The notes under the pieces: generated by a model | What the model was told of the DNA's origin: nothing | What the model saw: only the letters and a program-made list of their open reading frames with translations | Database searches by the model: none | Assembly: GCA_963809485.1 (NCBI GenBank) | Contig: CAWEJX010000020.1 | Location: 256,001-320,000, forward strand | Length of the DNA: 64,000 nt | From: an uncultured Acidobacteriota bacterium | GTDB lineage: Bacteria > Acidobacteriota > UBA6911 | Direction of reading: 5' to 3' | Program-made: the position numbers and the translations under genes | In this document: positions 60,760-64,000 of the stretch, one piece after another | Layout of the letters: the number at the start of each line of letters is the position of its first letter | Numbering within the stretch: the first letter of the stretch is position 1

Positions 60760-62799
60760 TTAGCCGAGTTTGCCTTTGCCTTGCAGCAAATCGGCGACCT
60801 TTCTCAATCCCATCTTTTCGAGGGTGGCTCTCGTCGGATAGCCGTTATCCGGGTTGAAGCCCTCGAATTTGTAGAACCGGGTTTTGAAATCCTCGACCTT
60901 GGCCCGATCCAACGTACGGCCGGCGCCCGTGCCGTATTCCCATTTGCCGTTTTCGTACATCGGCAGGTGCGCCCCTCTGGATTTCTGGGTATAGAGGTAA
61001 TCGGGAAACACTTCCATGTCCCGGTGTCTGCCCTGCAGCACCCAGATGGATCGGTCCAGAGTATAGATCTTGTGCCCGATCTCCATGTAGTCCGCAAAAG
61101 TCAGGTTCTTTCCGGTAATGGCATTCCAGAATTTGGGCTCCGCCTTGGGTGTCGGGCCGCGCCTGTCGGCAGTGTTATTGGTTATGCACATCGGCCAGCG
61201 CCAACCGCAAAAGCCGCCGGACCCGATCCAGAATTTTTCATAGTGCTTGACCCAGGCGACCTGTTTGACCTTGGAGTCCGAATAAATCCCCGTGGGACCG
61301 TCGCTGTAGTCGACCATGTAGACGTCGCCGTTGTATGGTTCCATCGCATCGGTATACAGCTTGGCGGCCTCTTCGGCAGTCAGGTAGGGGTCTCCCGAAT
61401 TGGCCATCCAGTAGAGAGGATAATTGGCCATCATGTGCAGCATAAGATCCCGCTCTCCCAGCAGAGAAGCGAAACCCCACTCCGCCTCGACCCTTGCGTC
61501 ATAGTGATCCGCAGTGCCCCAATAGGGCAGAGGCAGTACGCCGCTTGCGACATCCTCTTTGTACAGCCCGTATTTTTCCGCGAATCTGGCGCAGCCTTCG
61601 GCCAGCTCCTTGCCGACACCCTGGCGCAGGGATATCTGCCTCATGAGCATGTCGGCAAAGCCCATAGTGTTGGCCTGATCCATCGGAAGATCGCATTCGA
61701 TCTGCTTTCCTTTGCCCAGGAGCCCTCTTTTGTAGAGCGACTGAATGTAGCTCTGAAGAGGCATGAATTGCCAGTGACCAAGCCCCCATTTCTGCATTAG
61801 ATCGTTTGCCTGTCGGGAAAGTTTCTGAGTGCCCTGGACACGGACTGCCATGGTGCCGGCGCAGACCGATTCGTTGCTCTCGCCGCTTGCCAGACGCATG
61901 CGGCAGCCCCTGGGGCAAGAGGCGCAGGCCGCGGCGCGCGCCGGAACGAGCGGGAGCTGGCCATTGAGCACGTTGCCTCCGCTGGGACGTCCGCTGATCA
62001 GCATATATCCCTGTTTTGCAAACCTCTCGGGCTCCCTCGGGTTATCCACATCCCACTGAAACTGGCGGAACCAGAGCCTGGCATCCATATAAGCCTTGGG
62101 ATCCGCAATGGGGACGCCTCCTGTGCCGATAGCGCTGATCGCTTTGAGTTTCTTGGAGCCGAAAACCCCGCCGAAGCCGCACAACGCTGCCTGAGACCCG
62201 GGGCCGTGCAGCAGACAGCCGAGGCGGCTCAGGTTTTCTCCCGCCGGTCCGCAGCAGACTACCGCCGGGATCTGCGTGGTATGGCCGGCGTCCAGATCCG
62301 CCCACTCGCCGTATTTCAAACTGGGGATGACACGCCTTGCGATTTCTTCCTGCGTGTCCCAGGTATCCATGCCCCATACTCCATCGGCGCTTTCGATCGT
62401 GACCTTGTCGTTGATGATATTGATCCACACAGGCTTGTCGGAAGCGCCTTCAACCGCTATCCCGTCCCAGCCTGCGAATTTCAGCTGGGCCGTAAAGCGT
62501 CCGCCGAAGTTGCTGTGGCCGAACCACTCGACCGGGTAAAGCATGGGCCCCAGGCCCTGCACTTCGGAGCGTCCGGAAGCGGGCATGAATGTTCCGGAGA
62601 ACGGGGTGGCCATGATGATAACGACATTCCTGGGATCAAATGCCGGGAAAGGCAATTGATCGCCGACCAGGTCGAAGAAAAGTGCGGATCCTATGCCGTG
62701 GCCTCCGCCGAACTCCTCATACTTCGCCGTATCGATCGTACTGATGGTCTTTGTGGTAAGGTTGACCCTTAGGATTTTACCCGTATATCCACCTGTCAT
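60760..62799 (-). CDS. Aldehyde:ferredoxin oxidoreductase family protein (W/Mo-bis-pyranopterin; YdhV-like)
   Basis: GYTGKILRVNL, SNFGG...LKFAGWDGI, GPAGEN, GSKKLKAI, CASCPRGC, LAEG and GYPTRATLEKMGL. Confidence 0.88.
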   Translation of the reverse strand: MTGGYTGKILRVNLTTKTISTIDTAKYEEFGGGHGIGSALFFDLVGDQLPFPAFDPRNVVIIMATPFSGTFMPASGRSEVQGLGPMLYPVEWFGHSNFGGRFTAQLKFAGWDGIAVEGASDKPVWINIINDKVTIESADGVWGMDTWDTQEEIARRVIPSLKYGEWADLDAGHTTQIPAVVCCGPAGENLSRLGCLLHGPGSQAALCGFGGVFGSKKLKAISAIGTGGVPIADPKAYMDARLWFRQFQWDVDNPREPERFAKQGYMLISGRPSGGNVLNGQLPLVPARAAACASCPRGCRMRLASGESNESVCAGTMAVRVQGTQKLSRQANDLMQKWGLGHWQFMPLQSYIQSLYKRGLLGKGKQIECDLPMDQANTMGFADMLMRQISLRQGVGKELAEGCARFAEKYGLYKEDVASGVLPLPYWGTADHYDARVEAEWGFASLLGERDLMLHMMANYPLYWMANSGDPYLTAEEAAKLYTDAMEPYNGDVYMVDYSDGPTGIYSDSKVKQVAWVKHYEKFWIGSGGFCGWRWPMCITNNTADRRGPTPKAEPKFWNAITGKNLTFADYMEIGHKIYTLDRSIWVLQGRHRDMEVFPDYLYTQKSRGAHLPMYENGKWEYGTGAGRTLDRAKVEDFKTRFYKFEGFNPDNGYPTRATLEKMGLRKVADLLQGKGKLG

Positions 62800-62808
62800 A
62801 TTTCCTCC

Positions 62809-63612
62809 CTATTCCTTGGGCTTAGCCATCGGCGGTTTCTTTGCTTTCGCCTGCGCTGCCAGTAAAGGTGGTACAACTGTTGCGTTGTCAACCAGACCAA
62901 GGTTCAAATAGTGTTCGTTCCTCAAATTCACATCGTAGCCCTCCGTCTCCTTCTGGTTGGGCGCCTCCGTAACGAACTTGATGGCCTTCATCGGGCAGGC
63001 TTCCACACAAGCCTGCTTGCCGCCAGGTCCACCCTTTTCATTCCAGTAGGGAGTGTCGAGGCAAAGATCGCATTTTGAGGATTTCTTGGTGATATGGTTC
63101 CAGACGGTTCTGTGGGGCTGCTGCGGGCAGGCGCCCAGGCAGGTCTTGCAGCCTATGCATTTTTTGGCATCGATTCTCCGGATATTGCCGTTTGCAGCAT
63201 CCACATAGGCAGCTCCGACCGGACACTGGTCCACACAGACCGGCATTTTGCATTGACGGCAGGGCGCCATCTTGAGGTCGGTGGGGAATTTTCCGAACGA
63301 GTCCTGGATAATCTGTATGCGCGCAAGCGACAGATTCTGAACTCCTTCATGAACCATCGAACAGCTGAGCATGCAAGTGGTGCATCCGATGCATTTCTTG
63401 CTGTCATAGACCAGATAACCCTTGGAAACGGGGTAATCGGCTTTGGCTGCCGGGGTTGGGGAAGCGGGCGTTGCCACGGCCGCAGTCGCGGGACTGGTTG
63501 CGATCAGCGCATCCACCGCCACAACCGTTCCGCTGGAGACCAGAAAATCCCTTCGAGAGAATTTCTTTTTGGCAGCAGCTTCTCCGCTTTTGGCTTTTTT
63601 GCCTTCAGGCAT
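62809..63612 (-). CDS. Four-[4Fe-4S] electron-transfer subunit with Tat signal (DmsB/YdhX-like)
   Basis: FSRRDFL twin-Arg motif; CIGCTTC..SC, CRQC....C...C, CIGCKTC...C and CDLC...C...C. Start at 63612 after AAGGAG. Confidence 0.85.
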   Translation of the reverse strand: MPEGKKAKSGEAAAKKKFSRRDFLVSSGTVVAVDALIATSPATAAVATPASPTPAAKADYPVSKGYLVYDSKKCIGCTTCMLSCSMVHEGVQNLSLARIQIIQDSFGKFPTDLKMAPCRQCKMPVCVDQCPVGAAYVDAANGNIRRIDAKKCIGCKTCLGACPQQPHRTVWNHITKKSSKCDLCLDTPYWNEKGGPGGKQACVEACPMKAIKFVTEAPNQKETEGYDVNLRNEHYLNLGLVDNATVVPPLLAAQAKAKKPPMAKPKE

Positions 63613-63710
63613 AGGCTTACTCCTTCGTTGTAATGATTTTTTGATCCGTTGCAGGGCTAAAACCCACAAAATGTCTACCTATGAGTCTGCTCATGAGGAA
63701 GGCATTTCTA

Positions 63711-63740
63711 ATTATACCAGATAAAATTTAATTTCAACAA
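63711..63740 (-). promoter_or_regulatory. Extended -10 promoter of the ferredoxin-AOR operon
   Basis: Minus-strand TG-G-TATAAT preceded by an AT-rich tract, about 100 bp upstream of the start. Confidence 0.55.
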
Positions 63741-64000
63741 GAATCCAAGTAACGGATCCCAAGCGAGAACGGCGATATTTTTCGCACCCCGGAATGGGTC
63801 CTCGCCGGGAATAGCGGCGCTTTGTTTGCCGGGTCTAAAATCAGGCTTTTAAGAAACTTATGTCAACCGGCAGCTCCAGGGTCAGTCTCATCCCCTCCGG
63901 ATATCGATTGCCGTTGACACACGCTCGCATTTTGTTACACATTGGAAGAGGTATCCGCGGATGGGGCGCAGTCATTTGGAAAACTCCGTTCCGGGGAAAT

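Noticed and set aside
63613-64000. Moco/Wco riboswitch or ModE site upstream of the AOR operon
   Set aside because: I could not match the aptamer or ModE consensus by eye, and the predicted leader is short. An Rfam cmscan would be decisive.

Overview
GC-rich bacterial chromosomal window, most likely Acidobacteriota. This rests on a Cys-rich zinc-ribbon insertion in RpoB, paired 'VWFA-related acidobacterial' proteins and the pilin type. From left to right it holds: (i) a truncated PilR-type sigma-54 activator, a type IV pilin behind a perfect sigma-54 promoter, and a YfhO/GT-C membrane protein; (ii) the core cluster tRNA-Thr/Tyr/Gly/Thr-tuf-rpmG-tRNA-Trp-secE-nusG-rplKAJL-rpoBC on the minus strand; (iii) glycosyl- and methyltransferases, an extended NDK, tmRNA, Mrp, sucCD and tRNA-Glu; (iv) ispH and a hopanoid cluster (hpnA, two Zn-dehydrogenases, hpnD-like synthase, shc) with no hpnC or hpnE; (v) asd-lysC-dapB-dapA, pruA, gcvT-gcvH and an atypical SHMT; (vi) CHAD-HD, DUF169, MBL hydrolase, sirtuin, two VWA proteins, and an AOR-family oxidoreductase whose 4x[4Fe-4S] partner has a Tat signal. 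No transposase, integrase or CRISPR array was found. The intergenic DNA carries at least four families of small non-coding repeats: three copies of an IS200/IS605-derived non-autonomous element forming a deletion series, the longest folding into a deeply nested hairpin; a REP-like palindrome placed directly after the 3' ends of two tRNAs and tmRNA; a 142-bp MITE with a 4-bp target duplication; and heptamer-based inverted repeats. All calls come from reading the sequence and recalled family motifs; no database searches were run.
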